A stretch of 64,000 bases of DNA from contig CAWJET010000002.1 of the NCBI GenBank assembly GCA_963842085.1, positions 1,120,001 to 1,184,000 of the forward strand. Reading direction: 5' to 3'. The DNA is from an uncultured delta proteobacterium. Lineage in GTDB: Bacteria > Desulfobacterota > Binatia > Binatales > Binataceae. Position numbers and translations under genes: made by a program. Positions within the stretch are counted from its first letter, which is position 1. Each line of letters begins with the position of its first letter. Positions 32,103 through 41,847 of this stretch are shown here, piece by piece. Under the pieces are notes generated by a model. That model saw nothing but the letters and a program-made list of their open reading frames with translations, did not search any database and was not told where the DNA came from.

Positions 32103-33230
32103 TTGAAGCGATGGTGCGCGACAACTCTCCTCCCGACGCTCGCACTGCTTGCGATTGCCGGATGCTCGCACGGTCCCGCTGACACTTTCGGCGAGCACGA
32201 GGCCGTGCCCATCCTGGCGGCCAAGGTGGAACAGAAAACCGTCGCCGACACGATCCATGCGATCGGCCGCGTCGAGGCTTATTCCACCGTGGACGTGAAG
32301 GCGCAGATTAACGGCCAGGTCATGCAGGTGCACTTCCACCAGGGACAGAGCGTCAAGCAGGGCGACCTGCTGTTCACGATCGATCCGCGCCCGTTCCAGG
32401 TCGCGTTGCATCAGGCCGAAGCGAACCTGGCGAAGGATCGCGCGCAATACCGGCAAGCCGCGGCCGACCAGCAGCGCTACTCGTTTCTGCTCAAGCAGGG
32501 CGTCGGCTCGCAACAGCAATACGATCAAGCCGAGGCTGCGGCGGGATCGCTCAAAGCCGCGATGGAAGCCGACGACGCGGCCGTGCAGACCGCCAAATTA
32601 AATCTTGACTACACCGAGATTCGCGCGCCGATCGACGGCCGCACCGGCGACCTGCTGGTTCACGCCGGCAACCTGGTCAAGCCCGACGCCGACACCGCGA
32701 TGGTCGTTATCAACCAGGTGCGTCCGGTGTACGTCGACTTCGCGATTCCCGAGCAGAAGCTGCCGGCCGTGCGCGAGTACATGGCGGAGCGCAAGCTCCC
32801 GGTCCAGGTCTCGCTGCCCGAGCAGCAAGGCCCGCTCGAGTCGGGCGAGCTGAGCTTCGTCGATAACAGCGTCGATGCGAAGACCGGCACGATAAATCTC
32901 AAAGGACTGTTCACCAACGCCGACGGCCGGCTGTGGCCGGGCGAGTTCGTCAACGCGACGCTGGTTCTGCACGAGCACCCGGGCGCGATCCTGGTGCCGT
33001 CGCAGGCGGTCCAGACCGGCCAGCAGGGTTCGTTCGTCTTCGTCGTGCAGCCGGGGATGAAGGCCGAGATCAGGCCGGTCGTCATCGGCGAATCGATCGA
33101 CAACCACACCGTCATCACCAGTGGACTCAAGCCCGGCGAAACCGTCGTGACCGACGGCCAGCTCAGGCTGATTCCCGGCGCCAAGGTCACGATCAAAAGC
33201 GGCCTGACCGAGACCGGGGCCTCTTCATGA
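32103..33230 (+). CDS. RND efflux periplasmic adaptor (MdtA-like lipoprotein)
   Basis: LAIAGC lipobox, KQGDLLFTIDPRP, IRAPIDGRTG and VVTDGQLRL. The start is uncertain. Confidence 0.92.
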   Translation: MKRWCATTLLPTLALLAIAGCSHGPADTFGEHEAVPILAAKVEQKTVADTIHAIGRVEAYSTVDVKAQINGQVMQVHFHQGQSVKQGDLLFTIDPRPFQVALHQAEANLAKDRAQYRQAAADQQRYSFLLKQGVGSQQQYDQAEAAAGSLKAAMEADDAAVQTAKLNLDYTEIRAPIDGRTGDLLVHAGNLVKPDADTAMVVINQVRPVYVDFAIPEQKLPAVREYMAERKLPVQVSLPEQQGPLESGELSFVDNSVDAKTGTINLKGLFTNADGRLWPGEFVNATLVLHEHPGAILVPSQAVQTGQQGSFVFVVQPGMKAEIRPVVIGESIDNHTVITSGLKPGETVVTDGQLRLIPGAKVTIKSGLTETGASS

Positions 33231-36200
33231 ACATCGCCGAAGCCTTCATTCGCCGCCCTGTGATGACGACGCTGAGTTCGCTGGCGATCGTGCTGTTCGG
33301 CCTGATGGCGTACCGCTATCTGCCGGTGAACGATCTGCCCAACGTCGATTTCCCAACCATCGTGGTCAGCGCGTCGCTGCCGGGCGCCAGTCCCGAGACG
33401 ATGGCTTCGTCGGTGGCGACTCCGCTCGAAAAGCAGTTCTCGACGATCGCCGGGCTGGACTCGATGACCTCGACCAACATCCAGGGCTCGACCAACATCA
33501 CGCTGCAGTTCAACCTGACGCGGAACATCGACGCCGGTGCGCAGGACGTGCAGGCCGCGATCGCCGAGACGCAGGCCCAACTGCCGCAAGGGATGCCGAG
33601 TCCGCCCTCGTATCGCAAAGTCAACCCGGCCGACCAGCCGGTGCTCTATCTCGGCCTCAGCTCGACCACGATGCCGATTTCGCAGGTCGATGAGTACGCC
33701 GAGACCTACCTCGCCGAGCGCATCTCGATGGTCTCCGGCGTGGCGCAGGTGCAGGTCTACGGATCGCAAAAGTACGCCGTGCGGATTCAGCTCGATCCCA
33801 AGGCGCTGGCGACGCGCGGCATCGGCATCGATGAAGTTGCGAGCGCGATCCAGAACGCCAACGTCGATCTGCCGACTGGTACGCTCTACGGCTCACACCA
33901 GGCATTCACCGTCGATACCAAGGGCCAGTTGACCAATGCGGCTGCGTACCGCTCGCTGATCGTCGCGTACCAGAACGGCTCTCCGGTGCGGCTCGAGGAC
34001 CTCGGCCGCGTGCTCGACAGCGTGCAGAACGACAAGACCGCGGGCTGGGCCGACGGCGAGCGATCGGTCGTGCTCGCGGTGCAGCGCCAGCCGGGCACCA
34101 ACACGGTCGAAGTGGTCGACAACGTAATGCGCCTGATTCCCTCCTTCCGGGCTGAAGTTCCGGCCGGGCTGCATATCATCGTGCTGGGCGACCACGCGGA
34201 GACTATTCGCGCGTCGGTCAACGACGTCCAATACACCCTGCTGCTCACCATCTTCCTGGTCGTGATGGTGATCTTCCTGTTCCTGCGCAACCTCTCGGCA
34301 ACCATCATCCCGAGTCTCGCGCTGCCGATGTCCATCATCGGCACCTTCGCCGTCATGTGGACGCTCAACTACTCGCTCGACAACCTCTCGCTGATGGCGG
34401 TCACGCTCGCCGTCGGATTCGTGGTGGACGACGCCATCGTCATGCTCGAGAACATCGTGCGCCACCTGGAGATGGGCAAGGACGTGCTGACCGCGGCGCT
34501 CGACGGCTCCAGCGAAATCGGTTTCACCATCCTCTCGATGACTTTCTCGCTGGCCGCGGTGTTCATCCCGGTGCTGTTCATGGGCGGCATCCTCGGCCGC
34601 CTGCTGCACGAATTCGCGGTCACGATCGGCGCGGCTATTCTGGTGTCGGGCTTCGTCTCGCTGACTTTGACTCCGATGCTGTGTTCGCGCTTTCTGCGCC
34701 CGCCGGGGGCCGAGCGACACGGCAGGTTTTACGCCGTGACCGAGCGTTGGTTCGATCGGATGCTCGACGCCTACCAGCGCAGCCTGGCGTGGGTAATGCG
34801 CCATCGACGCGCGACCATGTATTTCTCCGGCGTGCTGCTGCTGTCGACGATCTACATGTTCTACGCGATTCCCAAGGGCTTCCTGCCGTCGGAAGACGCC
34901 GACCAGTTGATCATTTTCACGCTCGCAGCCCAGGGAATTTCCTTCGACTCGATGGTCGAGCATCAGCTCGCCGCCGCCAGCTTGATCAAGGATGATCCGA
35001 ACATCAAAAGCTACTTCGTCAGCGTCGGCGCGGGCGGACCGGGCGGCGCCACCAATTCAGGCATCATATTTCTGCACCTGAAGCCGGCCTCGGAGCGGAA
35101 ACTCAGCGTCGATCAGTTGATTACGAAGTGGCGGCCGCTCCTGAACAGCGTGCCGGGGCTGCGCGTGTTCCTGCAGAATCCGCCGCCCATCAGTATCGGC
35201 TCGCAATTCACGCGCAGCATGTACCAGATGACCTTGCAGAGCCAGAATACCGCCGCGCTCTACAAGTACGCGCCGATGCTCGAGTCGAAACTGCGCCAAT
35301 TGCCCGATCTGCGCGGCGTCAACAGCGACCTCCAGGTCGATAATCCGCAGATCACCGTCGATATCGATCGCGACAAGGCGCACTCGCTGGGCGTATCGGC
35401 CAATGCGATCGAAGACGCGCTCTACGACGCCTACGGCTCGCGCCAGATCTCCACCATCTACGCGCCCAACGACGAGTACTGGGTGATCATGGAAGTCCTG
35501 CCGCAGTATCAAGCCAATCCGTCCACCCTCTCACTCCTCTACGTTCGTTCGTCCAGCGGAGAGCTGGTGCCGCTCGACACCGTGGTCAAGTTCACGCGCT
35601 CGCTGGGGCCGTTGCAGATCAATCATTCGGGGCAGCTCCCTTCGGCCACCATTTCATTCGACGTCGCACCCGGCGTGTCGCTGGGCAAGGCGCTCGGCGA
35701 GGTCCACCAGCTCGCGGCTGCCACGCTGCCCGACAGCATCACCACCAGTTTCCAGGGCACCGCGCAGGCGTTCGAGTCGTCGCTGTCCGGGCTCGGTGTG
35801 TTGCTGGTGATGACGATCCTCGTGATCTACCTGGTGCTCGGCGTGCTCTACGAAAGCTTCGTCCATCCGATCACGATTCTCTCCGGCCTGCCCTCGGCCG
35901 GCTTCGGCGCGCTGATGACGCTGTGGCTTTTCGGCATGGAGCTCGACCTGTTCGCGTTCGTCGGCGTCATCATGCTGGTCGGCCTGGTCAAGAAAAACGC
36001 CATCATGATGATCGACTTCGCGCTCGACGCGCAGCGCACGGAAGGCAAGTCGCCGGCCGACGCGATCTTCGAGGGCTGCATCATCCGCTTCCGGCCGATC
36101 ATGATGACCACGATGGCGGCGCTGATGGGGACTTTGCCGATCGCGATTGGGCTGGGCGCCGGCGGCTCGTCGCGCCGCCCGCTGGGCGTGGCGGTAGTCG

Positions 36201-36391
36201 GCGGCCTGTTCTTCTCCCAGTTCCTGACGCTCTACATAACTCCGGTCTTCTACACCTACATGGAGGCGTTCCTGGCCCGTTACAACGCATGGCGCGAAGG
36301 CGGCCAGCTTGTGCCCGCGACCCGGCCCGCAGCCGCGAAAATCGCAAGCGCGCCAGCCGCCGACCCGGCCGACGGCCGCCTCGCGTCCTGA
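33227..36391 (+). CDS. RND efflux permease (MdtB/MdtC-like)
   Basis: FIRRPVMT, VGFVVDDAIVMLEN, KKNAIMMIDFA and RFRPIMMTT. Confidence 0.95.
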   Translation: MNIAEAFIRRPVMTTLSSLAIVLFGLMAYRYLPVNDLPNVDFPTIVVSASLPGASPETMASSVATPLEKQFSTIAGLDSMTSTNIQGSTNITLQFNLTRNIDAGAQDVQAAIAETQAQLPQGMPSPPSYRKVNPADQPVLYLGLSSTTMPISQVDEYAETYLAERISMVSGVAQVQVYGSQKYAVRIQLDPKALATRGIGIDEVASAIQNANVDLPTGTLYGSHQAFTVDTKGQLTNAAAYRSLIVAYQNGSPVRLEDLGRVLDSVQNDKTAGWADGERSVVLAVQRQPGTNTVEVVDNVMRLIPSFRAEVPAGLHIIVLGDHAETIRASVNDVQYTLLLTIFLVVMVIFLFLRNLSATIIPSLALPMSIIGTFAVMWTLNYSLDNLSLMAVTLAVGFVVDDAIVMLENIVRHLEMGKDVLTAALDGSSEIGFTILSMTFSLAAVFIPVLFMGGILGRLLHEFAVTIGAAILVSGFVSLTLTPMLCSRFLRPPGAERHGRFYAVTERWFDRMLDAYQRSLAWVMRHRRATMYFSGVLLLSTIYMFYAIPKGFLPSEDADQLIIFTLAAQGISFDSMVEHQLAAASLIKDDPNIKSYFVSVGAGGPGGATNSGIIFLHLKPASERKLSVDQLITKWRPLLNSVPGLRVFLQNPPPISIGSQFTRSMYQMTLQSQNTAALYKYAPMLESKLRQLPDLRGVNSDLQVDNPQITVDIDRDKAHSLGVSANAIEDALYDAYGSRQISTIYAPNDEYWVIMEVLPQYQANPSTLSLLYVRSSSGELVPLDTVVKFTRSLGPLQINHSGQLPSATISFDVAPGVSLGKALGEVHQLAAATLPDSITTSFQGTAQAFESSLSGLGVLLVMTILVIYLVLGVLYESFVHPITILSGLPSAGFGALMTLWLFGMELDLFAFVGVIMLVGLVKKNAIMMIDFALDAQRTEGKSPADAIFEGCIIRFRPIMMTTMAALMGTLPIAIGLGAGGSSRRPLGVAVVGGLFFSQFLTLYITPVFYTYMEAFLARYNAWREGGQLVPATRPAAAKIASAPAADPADGRLAS

Positions 36392-36420
36392 CGCCGGGGT
36401 TTTAGATAAAGAAGGATCCA

Positions 36421-36852
36421 ATGCGAGAGGACCGAAAGAAATCCATGTCGCGAGTGCGCGTTCGGTCTCAGCCACTGATTGCCGTCCGCGACGTACGCGC
36501 GAGCAGCCGCTGGTACAAACGACTGCTCGGTGTCGACACGCTCCCGGAGCATGAGCATCGCGATAGCTATGATCGGATGCTTTGTGATGGTCAGCTGGTC
36601 CTCCAGCTCCACGCGTGGGACGAGGAGGATCACCCTAATCTTGTCAATGCGGACGCGGCGCCACATGGACATGGGGTATTGCTCTGGTTCGAGGTGGACG
36701 ACTTCGATGCGGCCGTCGAACGAGCTCGCTCGCTCCAGGTCGAAGTCATCGAGGAGCCGCACGTCAACCCAAATTCCGGAGATCGCGAGATGTGGCTCCG
36801 CGACCCCGACGGCTACGTGGTAGTGATCGCAAGTCCTGATCGATCAGCTTAG
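36421..36852 (+). CDS. VOC/glyoxalase family protein
   Basis: AVRDVRASSRWY, LWFEVDD and WLRDPDGY. Confidence 0.88.
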   Translation: MREDRKKSMSRVRVRSQPLIAVRDVRASSRWYKRLLGVDTLPEHEHRDSYDRMLCDGQLVLQLHAWDEEDHPNLVNADAAPHGHGVLLWFEVDDFDAAVERARSLQVEVIEEPHVNPNSGDREMWLRDPDGYVVVIASPDRSA

Positions 36853-37959
36853 CCGGTAAAACCGCAACGCGTTCCGGGTCAGGATGTTATCGCGCGCGCT
36901 CGCCGACAACGTCCCCAGCGCCCGGGTCACCTCGCGCACCACACCCGGATACGTGCAATCGAAGTGCGGGTAGTCCGAGCCCCACAGCACGTTGCGCTCG
37001 ACGCCCAGATCAATCATCGCCTTGAGCGTGCTCTCGTCCGGATCCATCGACACGTAGCATCGCTCGGCGAAGTACTCGCTGGGCTTGCGCTTCAGCCACG
37101 GCACGTAGCTGCCCATTTTCTCGTAGTGACTATCCATCCGATCGAGCCAATAGCCCAGCCATCCGATGCCCGACTCGAGGAAGCCGACCGTCAGTTTTGG
37201 AAATCGTGCAAGCACCCCGCCGCAAACTATATCCATGCAGGCCGCCTGCTGCTCGAACGGATGACAAACCATGTGGAAGAAGAAGGGGTCGTGGTAGCGA
37301 TCGCCGCCCATCGTGGGCATGCGCGTACCGAAACTGCCGTGGATGGCCACTGGAATGTCCAGTTCTTGCGCCTCGCGCCAGAACGGATCGTAGGCCGGGT
37401 CGTTGAGGCGGCGCCCGTTGAACGGATTGGGCCTGACGAACACCGCCTTGAAGCCAAGATCGCGCACGACGCGGCGCATCTCGCGCACCGCCTCATCCAC
37501 GCTTTGAACCGGCATCGGCGCGACGCCGAACAACCGTTTCGGAAAGGGCTTGCAGAAATCGGCCAGCCAGTTGTTGTAGGCACGGCACGCCGCCGCGGCG
37601 AGTTGCGGATCGGTCAGATCGCCGTAGAGCAGCCACAACGACGGGTAAAGAACCGCTACGTCGATCCCTTCTTCGTCCATAACCTTGATGCGAGCGTGAG
37701 GATCGTAGCCGCCGGGCAGGATGTCGTCCCAGGTGAGTTTGCGCGCGCGCTCGAGGTCCGAGAGTCCGCCCGGCGTCATCGACGCCGCCACCGGCAGCGA
37801 CGGCCGGCTGCGATTCTCGCCGTCGATCCACAGTTCGTCGCCACCGTCGCGATTGCGGCGAATCTGGATCATGCGCTCGCGGAATTGCGGTTCGGCGTAA
37901 TCCTGCCAGAGCGCGCGTGGCTCGACGATATGCCCGTCGGCGTCGATTATCCGGGTCAT
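36844..37959 (-). CDS. Amidohydrolase_2 family protein
   Basis: IDADGH, MDEEGID, FLESG and WGSDYPH. Confidence 0.92.
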   Translation of the reverse strand: MTRIIDADGHIVEPRALWQDYAEPQFRERMIQIRRNRDGGDELWIDGENRSRPSLPVAASMTPGGLSDLERARKLTWDDILPGGYDPHARIKVMDEEGIDVAVLYPSLWLLYGDLTDPQLAAAACRAYNNWLADFCKPFPKRLFGVAPMPVQSVDEAVREMRRVVRDLGFKAVFVRPNPFNGRRLNDPAYDPFWREAQELDIPVAIHGSFGTRMPTMGGDRYHDPFFFHMVCHPFEQQAACMDIVCGGVLARFPKLTVGFLESGIGWLGYWLDRMDSHYEKMGSYVPWLKRKPSEYFAERCYVSMDPDESTLKAMIDLGVERNVLWGSDYPHFDCTYPGVVREVTRALGTLSASARDNILTRNALRFYRLS

Positions 37960-38017
37960 GAGCGAATTCCTCCTTGAAGGCGGAGTACTCAGATCAATGA
38001 CGCGTCGGGCGGTATTG

Positions 38018-38584
38018 TCAAGAAAGACGGGCGCCAGACCATTCCTCGCGGATCACCGCATACTGGTATTCGTCGCACCACTCGCCCTTGAACCACGCGT
38101 TATGGAGGAAATGCCCTTCTTGTCTCATCCCGAGCCGCTCCATCAGCGCGATGGACGGACCGTTGCGACAATCCGTGGTCGCGATGACGCGGTTCAGCCG
38201 GAGCGCATCGAAAGCAAAATCCACTACGGCTCGGACGGCCTCGGTCGCCAGTCCGCTGTGCTGGTATTCGCGCGCAAAGGTGTAACCGATTTCGCCGATT
38301 CGCGGCGTCGTTCTGATCACCAACAGGGCGCAATCGCCCGCGAGCACGCCGTCCGCTTTGACCTCTGCCGCGAACTGAAACCATTTCCCGGGGACGCCGG
38401 GCCGGTGGCGGCTTTGCTGCGTGATGAATCTCGCCGCCTCGGCGCGCGAGATCGATTCCCATGACTGGTAGCGCGCAACCTCGCGATCGTTTCGGTAGGC
38501 CATGAAGCTCGCGAGGTCTGAATCGCGAAACCGCCTAAGTATCAAGCGCGGGGTCTCGAGACTGATGAATGTTCGCGTGTTCAC
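38018..38584 (-). CDS. RimJ/RimL-type GNAT acetyltransferase
   Basis: LETPRLILRRF, EIGY, GLATEA and N..S..LMERLGM. Confidence 0.9.
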   Translation of the reverse strand: MNTRTFISLETPRLILRRFRDSDLASFMAYRNDREVARYQSWESISRAEAARFITQQSRHRPGVPGKWFQFAAEVKADGVLAGDCALLVIRTTPRIGEIGYTFAREYQHSGLATEAVRAVVDFAFDALRLNRVIATTDCRNGPSIALMERLGMRQEGHFLHNAWFKGEWCDEYQYAVIREEWSGARLS

Positions 38585-38595
38585 CAGTAGATACG

Positions 38596-38853
38596 CTATT
38601 CGAACGCCTCACCAATAAGGTGGAAGGGATAAATTATCGCCGTTCCAATCGCGCTCAGGACGCCGCCGGAATTGCCCGATGAACTCGGGGACGGCACCGG
38701 CGTCGGCATGCTGGACGGATCGCGCGCTTCATCCGAGATAGAGGCGTATGGAGGCGCCGTTTCATAAGTAGTCTCCGTCGTGCATCCCGCCGCGAGCGCG
38801 ATCGCGCCGCCAACAATCGCGGCCGCGAGGATCGATTTCCGCCTTCCCGTCAC
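38596..38853 (-). CDS. Small putative lipoprotein
   Basis: LAAGC lipobox and a C-terminal IIYPFHLIG amphipathic motif; AAGGAAG RBS. Confidence 0.65.
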   Translation of the reverse strand: MTGRRKSILAAAIVGGAIALAAGCTTETTYETAPPYASISDEARDPSSMPTPVPSPSSSGNSGGVLSAIGTAIIYPFHLIGEAFE

Positions 38854-38929
38854 TCGCTTCCTTTCGGCGCTCCGCTAATCACGGTATCGGCAGCGGAGTA
38901 CGGTTTCAACGCGCGGCTGATTTCAATGG

Positions 38930-39244
38930 GTGGACCTGCACGGGCCAGCGACGGGAGGTCGCCGATTTGCCGGACTGAGAGAAAGAAGACCGAGCGAACT
39001 TCTTGCACAAAAGTACTTGCTGACACTGGGATTTGGCGACGGCAGCTCGATAGCGCTCAGTGGCGGCAACAGCGTCGCGATCGACGACGGCACTACGCAA
39101 AACTACCAGACGCTGCCGAGCCGCGTGACGCTAATCAGCAGTGACGTTCATACGATCGTTCCCGACAAGACGACCGGGCAGCAGCACAGTATCGAAGTGG
39201 ATACTCCGAATACGAAGTCGACCGGGCCTTCGCCGGACCAATAG
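38930..39244 (+). CDS. Hypothetical protein or gene fragment
   Basis: The 3' part reads like coding sequence; the start is poorly supported. Confidence 0.3.
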   Translation: MDLHGPATGGRRFAGLRERRPSELLAQKYLLTLGFGDGSSIALSGGNSVAIDDGTTQNYQTLPSRVTLISSDVHTIVPDKTTGQQHSIEVDTPNTKSTGPSPDQ

Positions 39245-39252
39245 CCGGGCTG

Positions 39253-40698
39253 CTAGCGGGCGCGCAACTGATCGCCCGGCACCCACGTCGAGTGGAACCC
39301 GACCGGCACGCGCTGCGGAATCTGAACGCGCGCGATCGGACCCGCCGCGAAATTCTTCGCGTCGATTATGACGACCTCGCCGCTGTTCTTTGCGGCAGCG
39401 TCCGCGACGAACGTCACGACGTAGCCGTCGTCTTCGTCCCGCGCGCCGATGCGCGGCGCGAACGGCGCTTCATTCGAAGTTCGACCCGCGCCAAACAGGT
39501 GTTTCTCCGAGGTCCCGCGAACGGTGTCGTACTTCACCAGCCCTTCATAGTGCGGCACACATGAGTTGTACGCATAGCGCGACTTGCGGCCCATCTTGTG
39601 CCGGTTGATCGTGGGCCATTCGGTCTTTTCGTCGTCGAGCTGCTCTTCGCTCACCGCGCCCGTCACGAGGTTGAACCGCCAGCGGCACAGTTGAGCCTCG
39701 AGGCGCAGGAACGCGCGCATCCGTGCGAGCTCTCCTTCACCGCGCTTCGCGCCCGGCTCCGCCTGGATCACGCGGCACGCTTCCATCACGAACTCGTCGC
39801 CGTCCTCCCACGCGTTGACTACGTGGTAGATATAGCAGGGCGACGCCTCGAACCATCTCACGTCGGCGTTGGTTCCGTAGCGCGGCAGGATGCCGAACCG
39901 GCTCGGCAGTTCCGGGTAATAGGTAACCTTGTGCACCTTGCGCTCGAGCAGTTGCGGGTCCCAGAACAGCGGCAGGTCCATGAGCAACGAGTAATGTTCG
40001 GTGAACGCCATGTCATGCGGCAGGCGCGAGCCGGGAAGCTCGATCGGCGCATGATGGGTCAGTTCGCCGCGCGCCGAGACGACGTTGTAGGTCATGTACG
40101 GCGGCGTGGTCGCATAGTCGAAGAACAGCAGCTCGCCGCTCACCGGATCGACCTTAGCGTGCGCGGACACGGCCCGCTCGAGCTTGCCGCCGAAGCGCTC
40201 GACGCCGAGCGTTTCCAGCGTGCGCGGATCGAGCTTGTACGGCAGCCCGCACTGATACCAGAGCGCCAGCGCGTAGCCGTTGTGAAATACGAGGTCGGTG
40301 TTGGCGGAATCCTTGAGCCATCCGTCGGAACCGGCGCCGCGCGGAACGCTGGGATCGGGACGATCCATCAGGCCCGGCCATATCGTGCGCTTGGCATCCT
40401 GCTCGGCGGCGAACCCTTCGGTGCGAATCCAGCGGTTGCGATAGGCCGCCTTGCCATCATGGAATTCGATGCCGTGCACCATGCCGTCGCCGTCGAACCA
40501 ATGGTAGCGGCCGCGCGGCTGAAAGATCGGATTAGGCCCGTTGCGCAGATACGCGCCGTCGAGGTCGTTGGGAATCTCACCGATGACAGTCAAATCGTCG
40601 GCGGTAATCTCAGTTGAGATCGGCGCATAGATTCCCTTGAGGAACGGATTCTCGCCCGGCTCGATCTGAATAGGAATTTCGCGCTCGATCTTAACCAT
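39253..40698 (-). CDS. Carotenoid oxygenase / lignostilbene dioxygenase (RPE65) family
   Basis: YLRNGPNP, HWFDGDGM, SAHAK, PHDMA, YHVVN, EDDGY and VGFH (four Fe-ligand His). Confidence 0.93.
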   Translation of the reverse strand: MVKIEREIPIQIEPGENPFLKGIYAPISTEITADDLTVIGEIPNDLDGAYLRNGPNPIFQPRGRYHWFDGDGMVHGIEFHDGKAAYRNRWIRTEGFAAEQDAKRTIWPGLMDRPDPSVPRGAGSDGWLKDSANTDLVFHNGYALALWYQCGLPYKLDPRTLETLGVERFGGKLERAVSAHAKVDPVSGELLFFDYATTPPYMTYNVVSARGELTHHAPIELPGSRLPHDMAFTEHYSLLMDLPLFWDPQLLERKVHKVTYYPELPSRFGILPRYGTNADVRWFEASPCYIYHVVNAWEDGDEFVMEACRVIQAEPGAKRGEGELARMRAFLRLEAQLCRWRFNLVTGAVSEEQLDDEKTEWPTINRHKMGRKSRYAYNSCVPHYEGLVKYDTVRGTSEKHLFGAGRTSNEAPFAPRIGARDEDDGYVVTFVADAAAKNSGEVVIIDAKNFAAGPIARVQIPQRVPVGFHSTWVPGDQLRAR

Positions 40699-40804
40699 GA
40701 TGCGCTCCGCCGCGTCCGCGTCAGCTGAGATATTCCGCAAGCGCGAGATTATCACGCACGCAGGCTGCGCAACAAAGCAGTCCGACGCTTATCGCCAGCG
40801 ACGC

Positions 40805-41206
40805 CTACGAGGGGAACTCCTTGAACTGGGGCAGCTTGTCGGTGATCTCGAACCACGGCGCCTTCGAGCCGACAAAGATGTGGGCTTCGGGGCGCACGCC
40901 GGGGTCTTCGTCGAGCGAGCCCAGGTACAGGAACAGGCTGTCCTTCATCGACTCCGCCGCGCCGGCCAGCGGCGAGCCGCAGTTCTTGCAGAACATGCGT
41001 TTTGCGCCGGGCGACGAGGCGTAGCTACCGAGCAGGTTCTCGCCCTTGGTCCATTTGAAATCCTTCGACGCGACCTGCGCCGCCGGTATGAACGCCGAGC
41101 CGCTGTTCTTGCGGCACATCGAGCAGTGACAATTTCCCGCATTTTCGAGCTTGCCGGTGATTTCGTATCGCACGCCGCCGCAGAGGCATCCGCCGTGAAG
41201 AGCCAT
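40805..41206 (-). CDS. GFA (glutathione-dependent formaldehyde-activating) family protein
   Basis: GGCLCG, CHCSMCRK and FCKNCGS. Confidence 0.92.
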   Translation of the reverse strand: MALHGGCLCGGVRYEITGKLENAGNCHCSMCRKNSGSAFIPAAQVASKDFKWTKGENLLGSYASSPGAKRMFCKNCGSPLAGAAESMKDSLFLYLGSLDEDPGVRPEAHIFVGSKAPWFEITDKLPQFKEFPS

Positions 41207-41319
41207 CGTCGTTCCTCCATTTGGATTTTCAGCTTGGGTCTGCTTTTTCCGTATCTATTTCGATTTCGCGACTGAGGCAATCCAACGACGCGCGATGGCG
41301 GCGGCTCGTGTATCGTAGA

Positions 41320-41742
41320 TCAGTCCGTCGCCCGGCACCGGCGCGGAGGCTTCCGTTTCGGCGCAGGCCGTCCGTCCGCTTTGGGAACCTGAGCTCGCTC
41401 GATCAGATAAAGAAGGCCGTTCAGCTCTTCTCCGACCACGTACAACTTCCGCGAAGTGCGCGTGAGGGCTTGAGAGACTGACTTAACAAATACTCTCTCA
41501 ATCGCCACCATCTCCATTTCCTCCGCACCCTCGATGATTGCTTGGCGGACCGAGCGCAGTTGAAGGACTAGATTGGAACGGTCGATCTCGAAAATCCCGT
41601 CTTGATCCAATCGCGGATCGAAAGTCTCAGAAAGATTTGTACCCTGAGGAACATTACGCTTAACCATGACCGACAGGAGAGCACGGATTGTGCCACGGTC
41701 TTGAGGAAAAAAATGCTTTACGAATCTAGTGCGAGAGTCCAA
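41320..41742 (-). CDS. Hypothetical protein
   Basis: ORF with atypical composition, divergent from the activator gene; no recognised motif. Confidence 0.35.
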   Translation of the reverse strand: MDSRTRFVKHFFPQDRGTIRALLSVMVKRNVPQGTNLSETFDPRLDQDGIFEIDRSNLVLQLRSVRQAIIEGAEEMEMVAIERVFVKSVSQALTRTSRKLYVVGEELNGLLYLIERAQVPKADGRPAPKRKPPRRCRATD

Positions 41743-41847
41743 TGGTAACTACCTGACAATGAAGTCCCGTTGCGATAGATCGATCGCAGCGAAATTTCGT
41801 TGAGACAGAAGCAACGAAGTGGCGATCACTCCGCAGAGGGAAACGCC